This document shows, in pieces, positions 37,623-45,266 of a stretch of DNA of 56,621 nucleotides; within the stretch, counting starts at the first letter, position 1; each line of letters opens with the position of its first letter. Under the pieces are notes generated by a model. That model did no database searches, was not told the DNA's origin, and saw nothing but the letters and a program-made list of their open reading frames with translations. Source of the stretch: Candidatus Saccharimonadales bacterium (GTDB lineage: Bacteria > Patescibacteriota > Saccharimonadia > Saccharimonadales > JACDFO01); contig JBBSLJ010000005.1 of the NCBI GenBank assembly GCA_038255465.1, positions 1 to 56,621 of the forward strand, in the 5' to 3' direction. The position numbers and the translations under genes are program-made.

Positions 37623-37651
37623 TTGACAATCCTTATGCTTAGGCGTATAAT
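37623..37651 (+). promoter_or_regulatory. perfect-consensus sigma70 promoter facing the recombinase
   Basis: TTGACA-N17-TATAAT. Confidence 0.85.
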
Positions 37652-37657
37652 TAGTAG

Positions 37658-37713
37658 CATAGACTCCAACCAAAAGACCTTTCAGTAGAGGTTCTTTGCA
37701 TGGAGTCTATTTT
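37658..37713 (+). ncRNA. candidate short hairpin RNA or attenuator
   Basis: Begins at the predicted +1. ATAGACTCCA pairs with TGGAGTCTAT (10 bp), enclosing an inner AGACCT/AGGTTCT stem; TTT follows. Confidence 0.4.
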
Positions 37714-37813
37714 GATTCTATGCGAGCCTTAGCGGACTAATAAAACTACCGTGCTGAAAACTTTTGCGAGGTGGAGAACCTAAAACACTTCACTGGTCAA
37801 AGACGGATACAGT

Positions 37814-37990
37814 GTGAGCGACAATGCCTTACAGCAAGTTCTACCAAACAAAAAGATCGAACAAATAAATGTAGATGACGGACTGATAGAGTATACAGAT
37901 GCACTTGAAGCCATAGACGAAAACAGCCCCTTAGCTGAATTGAATGCGATTTCCATATCAGACAATAATGGTGGTCGTATCTTCCTATAA
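37814..37990 (+). CDS. putative 58-aa acidic protein upstream of the recombinase
   Basis: Manual translation from GTG: VSDNALQQVLPNKKIEQINVDDGLIEYTDALEAIDENSPLAELNAISISDNNGGRIFL. Confidence 0.45.
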   Translation: MSDNALQQVLPNKKIEQINVDDGLIEYTDALEAIDENSPLAELNAISISDNNGGRIFL

Positions 37991-38012
37991 AACAGAGTAA
38001 AATTAAGTTAGT

Positions 38013-39590
38013 ATGCAAGTCGTGGAAGAAATAGACAGAACAAAACTGCGTTATGTTTTGTATGCTCGTAAATCTACTGAAGATGAGGGCAGTCAGGTCA
38101 GAACTCATAAAGACCAGATAAAGCACTGCATGAAGCTTGCTGAAGCCAGAGGGTTGAACGTGGTGGATACTTTTAAGGAAAGTAAGTCAGCCAAGAAGTC
38201 GAATAACCGCCCAATCTTTAACCAAATACTCGAAGATATTAGAAATAACAAATACGACGCTATTCTAGCGTTTGCCCCAGATAGACTCTCTCGCAATATG
38301 CTTGAAGGTGGCTTACTCATCAACATGCTAGACGAGGGCATGATAAAAGACCTCCAATTCCCAACTCTGCTATTTTCAAATGATGCTTCAGGCAAATTAA
38401 CTCTGGGAATAATGTTCTCAATATCCAAACACTTCTCAGACGACCTATCCCGCAAGGTTCAGTCAGGTGTGTCAGGAAACCTTGAAGACGGAAAATCAGG
38501 TGGTCAGCCCAAATGGGGTTATGATAGAGATGACCAAGACGGATTATATCGCCCTAATGACTGGTTCGATGTTGTACAAGAAGCATGGTACATGAGGGCT
38601 AGAGGTGCTACAAACAAAACCGTACTGGAATACTTGTTGGAAAAAGGCTACCACCGCATGACGAAAGTTTCGAGGAAGAATAAATTTAGCAAGAAGATAG
38701 TACCCACTGAAAAAAGCGTAGGTCAGATGTTCCGTGACCCTTTTTATTATGGTTTACTTGTGCAAACTGAACAGACTATCGATCTACCTCGTTTTCACCT
38801 CGACTTTGTGCCCATGATTAACGAAGATATTTATAATCAGGTTCAAGCTTTGGCATATACCAGAAAGCGAGATATTGACCCCAAGAAACGAACTGAGTTC
38901 AAACCACTGAGGCACATGGTGTACTGTGGCGTTTGTAAAAGTGATAAGTGGATGTCAGTTGGCAAAAATTTGCCAGGCGGAAGCACACACCACGTATTGT
39001 CATACGAGTGCAAAAACTCTGATTGTTCTCGTAAACCTAAATCTGTTAGAGCCAAATTCATCTTTGATGCTATGTATGAGCTACTTGAGAAACTAGAGCT
39101 GTCAGACGAAGCGTATGAACGTTACAGCAAGCGTATAGACAGCTTCACCGACGCAAAAATCCTCAAGATTAAACAAGATATTGCCAGCAAGAACGGAGCC
39201 AATGCTCATAAAAAGCGAGAACTAAATGAGTTATCACTTGGACTGGGTAATATAAACCGTAGCTCAAAAGCCTACGCCATTACCGAAAGTAAAGTTGAAC
39301 AGCTTGCCATTGAGACTCAAGACTTAGACGATGAGATAGGCAAGCTGAAGGATAAAATTGCAAATCCAAGTAAAATCAAGCTAACCAAAGAACAGTTCTT
39401 GTACCTAGTAAAATTAGCACCTGACAAGATGAGAGCAGGTTCAGCAGTTGAAAAAGACCGTGTTGCACGCATTTTGTTCTTGAACCTGACTGTAGACAAT
39501 GAAAAAAGGGTCTTCCCAATCTGGAAAGAACCCTTTGCCAGCCTCGTAAAGGCTATTGAAATGTCGTCTGGTGCGGATGAGAGGACTTGA
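38013..39590 (+). CDS. large serine recombinase (integrase)
   Basis: Catalytic YARKS, DRLSRN, recombinase domain, Zn ribbon CGVC...CKNSDC, coiled coil. Confidence 0.95.
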   Translation: MQVVEEIDRTKLRYVLYARKSTEDEGSQVRTHKDQIKHCMKLAEARGLNVVDTFKESKSAKKSNNRPIFNQILEDIRNNKYDAILAFAPDRLSRNMLEGGLLINMLDEGMIKDLQFPTLLFSNDASGKLTLGIMFSISKHFSDDLSRKVQSGVSGNLEDGKSGGQPKWGYDRDDQDGLYRPNDWFDVVQEAWYMRARGATNKTVLEYLLEKGYHRMTKVSRKNKFSKKIVPTEKSVGQMFRDPFYYGLLVQTEQTIDLPRFHLDFVPMINEDIYNQVQALAYTRKRDIDPKKRTEFKPLRHMVYCGVCKSDKWMSVGKNLPGGSTHHVLSYECKNSDCSRKPKSVRAKFIFDAMYELLEKLELSDEAYERYSKRIDSFTDAKILKIKQDIASKNGANAHKKRELNELSLGLGNINRSSKAYAITESKVEQLAIETQDLDDEIGKLKDKIANPSKIKLTKEQFLYLVKLAPDKMRAGSAVEKDRVARILFLNLTVDNEKRVFPIWKEPFASLVKAIEMSSGADERT

Positions 39591-39652
39591 ACCTCCACGC
39601 CTTGCGGCACGTGCTCCTAAGGCACGCGTGTATACCATTTCACCACATCCGC
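39569..39652 (-). tRNA. tRNA-Leu (anticodon TAG), CCA encoded
   Basis: GCGGATG/CATCCGC acceptor stem, D loop TGGTA, anticodon arm GTGCC-TTAGGA-GCAC, long variable arm, GGTTCAAGTCC. Confidence 0.97.
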
Positions 39653-39667
39653 TCGCACCGCGTTAGT

Positions 39668-40201
39668 TTACGAAATTCTGCGGTAAATTACTAGTGTTGC
39701 ATCACCATAAGCTTTTTCTGACAGTAATGTAAAATTTGAATCAAGCTTAAAGTCATGGTCTGGCGGTAACGAATAAATAACCAATCCATCTACTTTGGCA
39801 TGCGTAGCTAGCTTGTGGAGCAGCGTGTATGGCACGGCATCATAGGGAGGATCTATTAGCACCACATCAAATGTAATGAGTTTGTTATTCCGAGACCAGC
39901 TTTTTACGTCCTTTCTAACCAGTTTAACTTGCTCGGCTATCGCCAGTGTTTGTATATTTTGCGTAATAATTTTAAATGCCTCGATGTCGAGCTCGACAGC
40001 CGTCACAAACTTCGCTCCACGGCTTACGGCTTCAATCGCCAGAGCTCCTGTTCCAGAATAGGCATCAAACAGTGTAAGACCGCTAATATCACCAAGCATA
40101 TTAAAAATTGCGCCACGGATTTTTTCGCTCATTGGATGCGTTCGGTGGCCTCTAGGGCTTTCGAATGGTCTGCCACCTAGTTTTCCTGCTATTACTCTCA
40201 T
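39668..40201 (-). CDS. rsmD: RsmD family 16S rRNA m2G966 methyltransferase
   Basis: MRVIAGKLGGR...THPMSEKIRGAIFN...DAYSGTGALAIEAVSRGA...DPPY. Confidence 0.9.
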   Translation of the reverse strand: MRVIAGKLGGRPFESPRGHRTHPMSEKIRGAIFNMLGDISGLTLFDAYSGTGALAIEAVSRGAKFVTAVELDIEAFKIITQNIQTLAIAEQVKLVRKDVKSWSRNNKLITFDVVLIDPPYDAVPYTLLHKLATHAKVDGLVIYSLPPDHDFKLDSNFTLLSEKAYGDATLVIYRRIS

Positions 40202-40207
40202 CGTGCC

Positions 40208-41032
40208 TTACTTCTTAGTTTCGGTTAGCTTGGCATCGCGCAGTGCGGCGTACCACGTCAAACAAACGCTCTGAACTAACAGCGGACCAAGTTTGTGGCG
40301 AATATCATATGCTAAACGAGGCGTCCAACCTTTTCGATGATAACGCTCATACATATCCATAACGGCAATTTCTCTAGCGGTTCTTTTAAACCAAACTTCT
40401 GGACCAATTTCATGCATGCGGGCCATATCCGCTTTCGTAGGTACGGCTTCGCTGAATGTAAGCGGCATTATTAGCGTAGCCACACCCATCTCAAATAGCC
40501 CATGTGTAGTAAATAAACCTTTTGGTCCCCACATTTTCCAGTTGTTCTTTACCTGTTCACGTCGTGTATCGCCATGCATCACCCACTTTTCTTTAATAGT
40601 GGTACGAGTTTCGATACCTTCGCCGCCTCGTAGCTCTACGAGCTTTTCTTCGTATGGATAATGGTGCGCTGGTGTCAGCCCGTCGACAATAGCATGTGCT
40701 AGCCATGCTGCCTCAAAGGCACTTCTTTCATGATTTCCTGACTTAAGCTGGCTAACGAGTAATTTGTAATGATCATTGATGAGCTGCGGCAATTTTGAAT
40801 CATTATCATCAAATGGGTCATAGTAATGCCACGGTTCGTCTTTGGCTGGGGACTTACGCTTGATTGCATCCGGCCCGTTTTTGCCCTCAAAATGTAGGAT
40901 CTGCTTAGACGCCGGAAAGGCGGAATTATCTGATATCAAATGCGCAAGGTGCCTGCGTGCGACACGATCTATTTTTTGGTGTGCACCAAGCACGCGGCCT
41001 GAGTAACGGGTAAGGGTAGTTCCAGAATACAT
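40208..41032 (-). CDS. conserved hypothetical protein, possibly Zn-dependent phospholipase C / S1-P1 nuclease-like
   Basis: AHQKID...HYYDP...WLAHAIVDGLTPAHH resembles the H..D...P.H metal-ligand motif of that fold. Confidence 0.55.
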   Translation of the reverse strand: MYSGTTLTRYSGRVLGAHQKIDRVARRHLAHLISDNSAFPASKQILHFEGKNGPDAIKRKSPAKDEPWHYYDPFDDNDSKLPQLINDHYKLLVSQLKSGNHERSAFEAAWLAHAIVDGLTPAHHYPYEEKLVELRGGEGIETRTTIKEKWVMHGDTRREQVKNNWKMWGPKGLFTTHGLFEMGVATLIMPLTFSEAVPTKADMARMHEIGPEVWFKRTAREIAVMDMYERYHRKGWTPRLAYDIRHKLGPLLVQSVCLTWYAALRDAKLTETKK

Positions 41033-41037
41033 AATCT

Positions 41038-43074
41038 TTAGTTCAAATTCGTTACTGCGCGCAATTTCTGCACACGTTCATATAATTGCTTATAGTTTAT
41101 CAGGTTTTCCTGTCTATCAATAAACTCTTGTGCGGATTTGCGGGCTGCAGCGATCAGTTTTACATCTGTTAACTTGGCAATTCTTAAATCTAGTTGACCG
41201 TGCTGAGTATAACCGTAAATCGCTCCTGGCCCACGAATTTCAAGATCCAGCTCTGCAAGTTTGAATCCGTCATCAGAACTTTCGAGGGCTTTTATGCGCC
41301 GGCTTGGCTCTTTGGAATCCCCTAGCATTAAATAGGCATAACCTTGGTAGTCGCTTCGGCCTACTCGCCCACGCAGTTGATGTATTTGCGCAAGCCCGAA
41401 ACGCTCAGCGTTCTCAACAAGCATTATCGTCGCGTTTGGCACGTTAACACCGACTTCAATAACGGTGGTAGAAACAAGAATATCAAGTTCATGTTGCATA
41501 AACTGTTTCATGACCCTTTCTTTTTCTTCTGGCTTCATTCTGCCGTGCAATAAACCCACGTGTTTATTCTTAAAGGTTTTACTAGAAAGCTCTTGATACA
41601 CTTCTTCTGCGGACCGTACTGGCAAACTGTCTGAATCAGCAATGAGCGGTGTTACCACAAACATTTGCCGGCCGCTGTCTAGTTCGTGCGCAATTTTTTC
41701 GTACAGTTGCTTACGGGAATTGGGAGAACAAACCTCAGTAATAATCGACTTACGGCCAGCAGGCTTACTGTCAATAATTGAAATGTCCATTTCCCCATAA
41801 AGTGTCAGCGCCAGACTTCTAGGAATAGGCGTTGCTGTCATATTGATAACATGCACGGCGTGTCCTGCTTTAGTCTGTAATTTTTTGCGCTCTTCGACGC
41901 CAAACCGATGCTGCTCATCAATAATGACCAGTCCCAAGTTATGCATGTCCACTTTTTCCTGAATTAAGGCATGCGTTCCGATTAAAAACTTCACCTCACC
42001 TGACTTGATTTTACTTAGCGCCAGCTTCTTCTGGGCTGGCTTTAAGCCCCCGATAAGCAGACTGACCGTGTTTTCCATCTTAACAGGCGTAAGCAACTCA
42101 AAAACTGTCTCGGCGTGCTGGCGCGCAAGAAGTTCTGTTGGCGCCATAAATGCCACCTGAAAACCTTGCTTAATCGCCATCAATGCGGCCATGGTTGCGA
42201 CCACCGTTTTTCCGGAACCTACGTCCCCCTCCACCAGACGGTTTGCGGGCTGCTTTTTTTGGAGATCCTGATAAATTTGCCAAACAGTTTTACGCTGTGC
42301 CGATGTCAATTCAAATGGCAGATTTGCTACAAAGTCTTTGGCAAGCTGTTCATCAAATGGAATACTGATTGCTTCTTCTTGCATTAGCTCATATTTGTTA
42401 AGTAGCGCTGCAAGCGTTAGGCCAAATACTTCTTCAAAACCAAGCCGATGTTGGGCTTCAATAAGCATCTTTGGACTGCTTGGAAAGTGCATTTCAGCCA
42501 CCGCTCTTGAGCGAGCCAATAGCTTTTGTTCATGTACTATCCAGCTAGGCAACGTTTCATCCAGTGCATGGACTAATGGCATTACTTCACGTAAGGTTTT
42601 GCGAATTAGTAGGGATTTTATACCTTTTGTTTCGCGATAAACGGGCACAATACGGGCCGTATTCACCGTAAAATTACTAACTAACTCAACCGAGGGGTTC
42701 ATAATACTGAGCCGCTGATGACTAAGCTGAAACTCACCGGAGATAAAGTATTCCGTCTCAGGCTTGAGTGCAGTCGCACGGTAGGGCTGGTTGAACCAAA
42801 TAAGCCGCACGCTACCAGTTTCATCGCTTACTACGGCTTCCGTAATGTGCATACCACGACGAACATACCGACCATTAGATTGTTTAATCACGCCTCTAAT
42901 CGTTACGGTACCCGGCTTGATACGCGCTATCTTTTGTATGTCAGAGTAATCATCGTACCGCCTAGGAAAGTACTCAATAAGATCATGAATAGTATGAATC
43001 TGAAGCGTTGCAAACTTTTTACAAAGTTCTTCGCCAACACCTTTAACGTCTTTTATCGGGCTAGTGTTATTCAT
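41038..43074 (-). CDS. recG: ATP-dependent DNA helicase RecG
   Basis: GDVGSGKT, DEQHRFG, MTATPIPRSL, HQLRGRVGR, DLEIRGPG. Confidence 0.98.
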   Translation of the reverse strand: MNNTSPIKDVKGVGEELCKKFATLQIHTIHDLIEYFPRRYDDYSDIQKIARIKPGTVTIRGVIKQSNGRYVRRGMHITEAVVSDETGSVRLIWFNQPYRATALKPETEYFISGEFQLSHQRLSIMNPSVELVSNFTVNTARIVPVYRETKGIKSLLIRKTLREVMPLVHALDETLPSWIVHEQKLLARSRAVAEMHFPSSPKMLIEAQHRLGFEEVFGLTLAALLNKYELMQEEAISIPFDEQLAKDFVANLPFELTSAQRKTVWQIYQDLQKKQPANRLVEGDVGSGKTVVATMAALMAIKQGFQVAFMAPTELLARQHAETVFELLTPVKMENTVSLLIGGLKPAQKKLALSKIKSGEVKFLIGTHALIQEKVDMHNLGLVIIDEQHRFGVEERKKLQTKAGHAVHVINMTATPIPRSLALTLYGEMDISIIDSKPAGRKSIITEVCSPNSRKQLYEKIAHELDSGRQMFVVTPLIADSDSLPVRSAEEVYQELSSKTFKNKHVGLLHGRMKPEEKERVMKQFMQHELDILVSTTVIEVGVNVPNATIMLVENAERFGLAQIHQLRGRVGRSDYQGYAYLMLGDSKEPSRRIKALESSDDGFKLAELDLEIRGPGAIYGYTQHGQLDLRIAKLTDVKLIAAARKSAQEFIDRQENLINYKQLYERVQKLRAVTNLN

Positions 43075-43119
43075 TAGGCTCAGTATAGCAACTAGCTGTA
43101 TATGGACTGATGAGTTAGT

Positions 43120-43896
43120 TTATTTGGCTTTTTTGACTAAGAAGAAAACGCTTGGTCCAAAGTAAGTCTTTGCAAGTGTAGGCTGCAGAATTCGCTCGGC
43201 TACAAGCATAGCTCCTTTAGGTAGCAGTTTTTTGAGAGATGGGCTGCGGAGATTTGACACTGATAAGACTTTTTCAACTTTTAATCCAGCGTGGGCAAGC
43301 TGCTTCTGAACAGTTGTGGGGTTATGATTCACGAAAGGAATTTCTTCTTCACGTTTGTTTTTTTCAGAACGGATGTCGACAGGCTCCTGCGGAAGTTTCT
43401 GACCTCTTAAAAGATGCTTAACTCGGTTACGACCATGTGCATAATTGGCAACTTCCAAAATCAAGTAGCCGCTGTCGCTTAAGACGCGTGCCAGTTCTTT
43501 GAACTCCGGGCTTGGATCTGGGAGATGATGCATGACACGGATCATGGTTATCAGGTCAAGCGAGTCATCTTTGAACTTTAAAGAATCGGCCTGCGTAAGT
43601 ACCATGTCTATGTCTGGTTCGTCTTTTAAAAATTCTTTACCTATATCAAGCTGTTGCTGTGACGGTTCGGCGAGCGTGACTTTATCGGCAAATTCTTTTA
43701 AGAAAATACACAAGCGACCATATCCGCCGCCAATGTCAGCCGCGTGCTTAAACCGTTTGCCCTTTAGTAATCTGGTGATTGCAATCTGTTCAGCGGCATT
43801 TTCGTAGTCGCGGCCATCCCAGTACTTAAGATAATTATGCGAAGGATCATTATACTGATCGGCCTTCTTTTTTGTTGCTGATGATTTATTTGGCAT
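43120..43896 (-). CDS. class I SAM-dependent methyltransferase
   Basis: DIGGGYGR motif I, RVMHHLPDP, LARVL. Confidence 0.88.
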   Translation of the reverse strand: MPNKSSATKKKADQYNDPSHNYLKYWDGRDYENAAEQIAITRLLKGKRFKHAADIGGGYGRLCIFLKEFADKVTLAEPSQQQLDIGKEFLKDEPDIDMVLTQADSLKFKDDSLDLITMIRVMHHLPDPSPEFKELARVLSDSGYLILEVANYAHGRNRVKHLLRGQKLPQEPVDIRSEKNKREEEIPFVNHNPTTVQKQLAHAGLKVEKVLSVSNLRSPSLKKLLPKGAMLVAERILQPTLAKTYFGPSVFFLVKKAK

Positions 43897-43919
43897 AACG
43901 AGATTTTAGCATAGGAAGT

Positions 43920-45146
43920 TTAAGTTTCTACGATTGCAAAAGAATTTTTGCCGCGTTTAAGTAAGTTCGCACCTGTTTTCCAGCTAATTGCCTGGTCCGG
44001 CATAACTTTTGATCCATTAACAGAAACCGCGCCAGACGAATGAAAATTGCGAGCTTCAGATTTTGAGCTGGCTAACCCGCTCTCAACCATCATCTGATAC
44101 AGATCTTCCGATACTTTTACAGTGGTTAATTCAGTGCGCAATATATCGACTTCATTTTCAGCGGCGTTTAAAAAGTCTTCTTGACCAAATAAAATCTTGC
44201 TTGCCCGAACGATGGCATCAGATTTTTCTAACCCGTGCACGAGCTTTGTAACTTCATAAGCAAGCGTTTTTTGAGCCACACGACCGGCTTTATCTTTCTC
44301 AAATTCAATCATGATCTTTTCTATTTCATCTTTTGTTAGCAACGTATAAATCTTTAGGTAATCCGTGGCGCCTTCATCATCTACATTGAGCCAGAATTGG
44401 TAAAATTTATACGGGCTTGTCAGTTTTTCATCAAGCCAGATTGCCCCTTCTTCTGTTTTGCCAAATTTTACACCCGTGACTTTATTTACCGCTAGTGGTG
44501 TCGACCAAACATGAGCTTCTTTGCCATCTAAACGACGAAGTAAATCTACCCCTGCTATGCTATTTCCCCATTGGTCTGACCCACACAGCTGCAGTGTTAC
44601 CCCATGCTCACGATTTAAGTGCACGAAGTCGTAAGCCTGTATCAGTACATAGCTAAACTCAGCGTAGCTAATACCCGCCCCATCTTCATTTAAGCGTGTT
44701 TGTACAAAATCACGGCCTAGCATTTGCCGCATTGGGACGTTCTTACCAACTTCACGCAAGAACTGCAAGTAGCCCATTTCTTTAAACCAGTCGTAATTAT
44801 CGACAAAAGTAAAGTTCTGACCACCAAATATTTGCTTATACTGAGCGTGTAATCCTGTTTTACTAGCTTCAATTTCAGCAATTGACTTGAGATCACGCTC
44901 CTGCGCTTTGCCATCAGGATCACCTATCATTCCAGTTGCTCCACCAATAAGCAACACTGCCTTATGACCATTATTAATAAAATGACGCACCATCATAGCA
45001 GCTGCTAAGTTCCCAATTGTCATCGACGGCGCGCTCGGGTCTACACCCCAATAAAATGTTATGGGCGCTTTGTCTATTTCAGTTAAAGATTTATATGTAT
45101 GCTGGTTAACGAATCCACGCCAGCTTAGTTCTTCAGATAATGTCAT
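43920..45146 (-). CDS. tyrS: tyrosine--tRNA ligase
   Basis: GVDPSAPSMTIGN, IGDPDGK, EFSYVLIQAYDF, GSDQWGN, KFGKT, C-terminal S4-like domain. Confidence 0.97.
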   Translation of the reverse strand: MTLSEELSWRGFVNQHTYKSLTEIDKAPITFYWGVDPSAPSMTIGNLAAAMMVRHFINNGHKAVLLIGGATGMIGDPDGKAQERDLKSIAEIEASKTGLHAQYKQIFGGQNFTFVDNYDWFKEMGYLQFLREVGKNVPMRQMLGRDFVQTRLNEDGAGISYAEFSYVLIQAYDFVHLNREHGVTLQLCGSDQWGNSIAGVDLLRRLDGKEAHVWSTPLAVNKVTGVKFGKTEEGAIWLDEKLTSPYKFYQFWLNVDDEGATDYLKIYTLLTKDEIEKIMIEFEKDKAGRVAQKTLAYEVTKLVHGLEKSDAIVRASKILFGQEDFLNAAENEVDILRTELTTVKVSEDLYQMMVESGLASSKSEARNFHSSGAVSVNGSKVMPDQAISWKTGANLLKRGKNSFAIVET

Positions 45147-45266
45147 GCTTACTAGTATACCTTATCCCTGTTATCTTGCATTATATTTATGGTAGCAAGA
45201 TGACTTTTTATGATAGAATAGAACGTAAGCTAATGGCTGATTTAACTGGAGTAAGAGACTAAATCC

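Larger units (their letters stand above)
33783..39593. mobile_element. integrative element of about 5.8 kb at the tRNA-Leu 3' end, with a large serine recombinase
   Basis: Recombinase abuts the tRNA; att-like direct repeat at the far end; visibly AT-richer cargo genes. Confidence 0.75.

Noticed and set aside
33783-39593. Calling the island a prophage
   Set aside because: No capsid, portal, large terminase, tail or replication genes, and it is only 5.8 kb.
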